Shown here: piece after piece, positions 63,213 through 64,000 of the stretch
Layout of the letters: every line of letters starts with the position of its first letter
Numbering within the stretch: position 1 is the stretch's first letter
NCBI GenBank assembly: GCA_964016885.1
Contig: OZ024744.1
Span: 63,178,001 to 63,242,000, forward strand
Reading direction: 5' to 3'
From: Eledone cirrhosa
Lineage: Eukaryota
Length of the DNA: 64,000 bases
Made by a program: the position numbers and the translations under genes
Notes under the pieces: generated by a model
The model's database searches: none
Told to the model about the DNA's origin: nothing
Seen by the model: the letters and a program-made list of their open reading frames with translations, nothing else

Positions 63213-63255
63213 AAATCGTGCAGTGAAATAAAAGAAATTGTAGATGTATGTGAAA
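63213..63255 (+). CDS. ZCCHC7: ZCCHC7-like coding exon 9 (gene continues beyond the window)
   Basis: Long poly-T tract, cag|AAA TCG..GAA A|gtaagt: KSCSEIKEIVDVCE. Phase 0->1. No homology motif recognised. Confidence 0.72.
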
Positions 63256-63278
63256 GTAAGTATTGACTGTTTATAAGA

Positions 63279-64000
63279 TTAACCCTTTAGTGTTGAAAGT
63301 ACCCGAAAACACTTACACTTAAATATCGTTCTAAAAATAAACAAACCATCATCAAAATTTCGTCAATTCGAGACTACTGCGAGATTAGGCCTTTACCGCA
63401 AAAATTAACACTTAATATATTGAAATAAGTTAAAGCAACACGTGTTTATTTAACTTTGACAGTGCAAGAAATTTTTTTTATCAACATGGCTTCTGAAAGT
63501 AGCGATACCGACTTTGAAGGTTTTACACAAGACAACATTCAGAATGAACAAGAAACAAAAGATAATATTAGTGATATATCATCAAATGAATCTGATGTTT
63601 ATATTTCTGAAATTTTGTCCGAAGATTGTTATTTTGAAAGTGAAAGCGAAGCAGATCTCCAGGGCGCCATTGAAGATGGCATCAAGGTGTGGGAACTCTG
63701 TGAATCGGACACAGGCTACTGTGTAAACTTTGATGTTTACACAGGAAAAAAACGCAACGGAGAGAGAAAATATGGCTTGGGGTACGATGTTGTGTGGTCT
63801 CTGACTGAACCCTTTCACTCTCAACATAGACACATATATTTTGATCGGTTTTTTTTTCTTCTTCAGTGCGCCTAGCAGAGGATCTTGCCCTCGTAAATAC
63901 GTACACCTGCGGTACAATAGGGAATTGCAAAGGGCTACCCCAAGAAATGAAAATAACAAAATTTAAAAAGGGAGGGGACAATCTCCAATTGCAAAAAGGG
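63279..64000 (+). mobile_element. piggyBac transposon, left end plus internally deleted transposase (runs off the window)
   Basis: TTAA-CCCTTTAG terminus; acidic MASESSDTDFEGF N-terminus joined to GIKVWELCESDTGYCVNFDVYTGK..GYDVVWSL..HIYFDRFF, then (frameshifted) TYTCGT. Confidence 0.9.

Overview
AT-rich, repeat-dense eukaryotic genomic DNA. The SINE, RTE and microsatellite content looks like an octopod cephalopod (inference only). Two host genes lie head-to-head about 1.3 kb apart. The first is a complete 7-exon copper chaperone for SOD (CCS) on the minus strand (CDS 41227->24598, 250 aa). The second is the first 9 coding exons of a ZCCHC7/Air1-2-like five-zinc-knuckle gene on the plus strand (42539->63255, continuing past the window). 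Exons were assembled by hand from GT-AG sites, and all phases are consistent. The rest is transposon-derived: a near-intact CR1 LINE in a ZCCHC7 intron, many RTE LINE fragments, two or more SINE families, Penelope-like remnants with hammerhead-like motifs, Tc1, Merlin, hAT and piggyBac remnants and MITEs, and TA-rich satellites. Best leads: (1) a sense piggyBac remnant whose splice acceptor would fuse it in frame to ZCCHC7, as in CSB-PGBD3; (2) a correctly phased G GGA AAC -1 frameshift signal joining CR1 ORF1 to an AUG-less ORF2; (3) a CCS whose SOD-like domain has lost the zinc ligands; (4) repeated fold-back elements centred on a hammerhead core. None can be shown to be novel or functional from sequence alone. 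Repeat boundaries are approximate.
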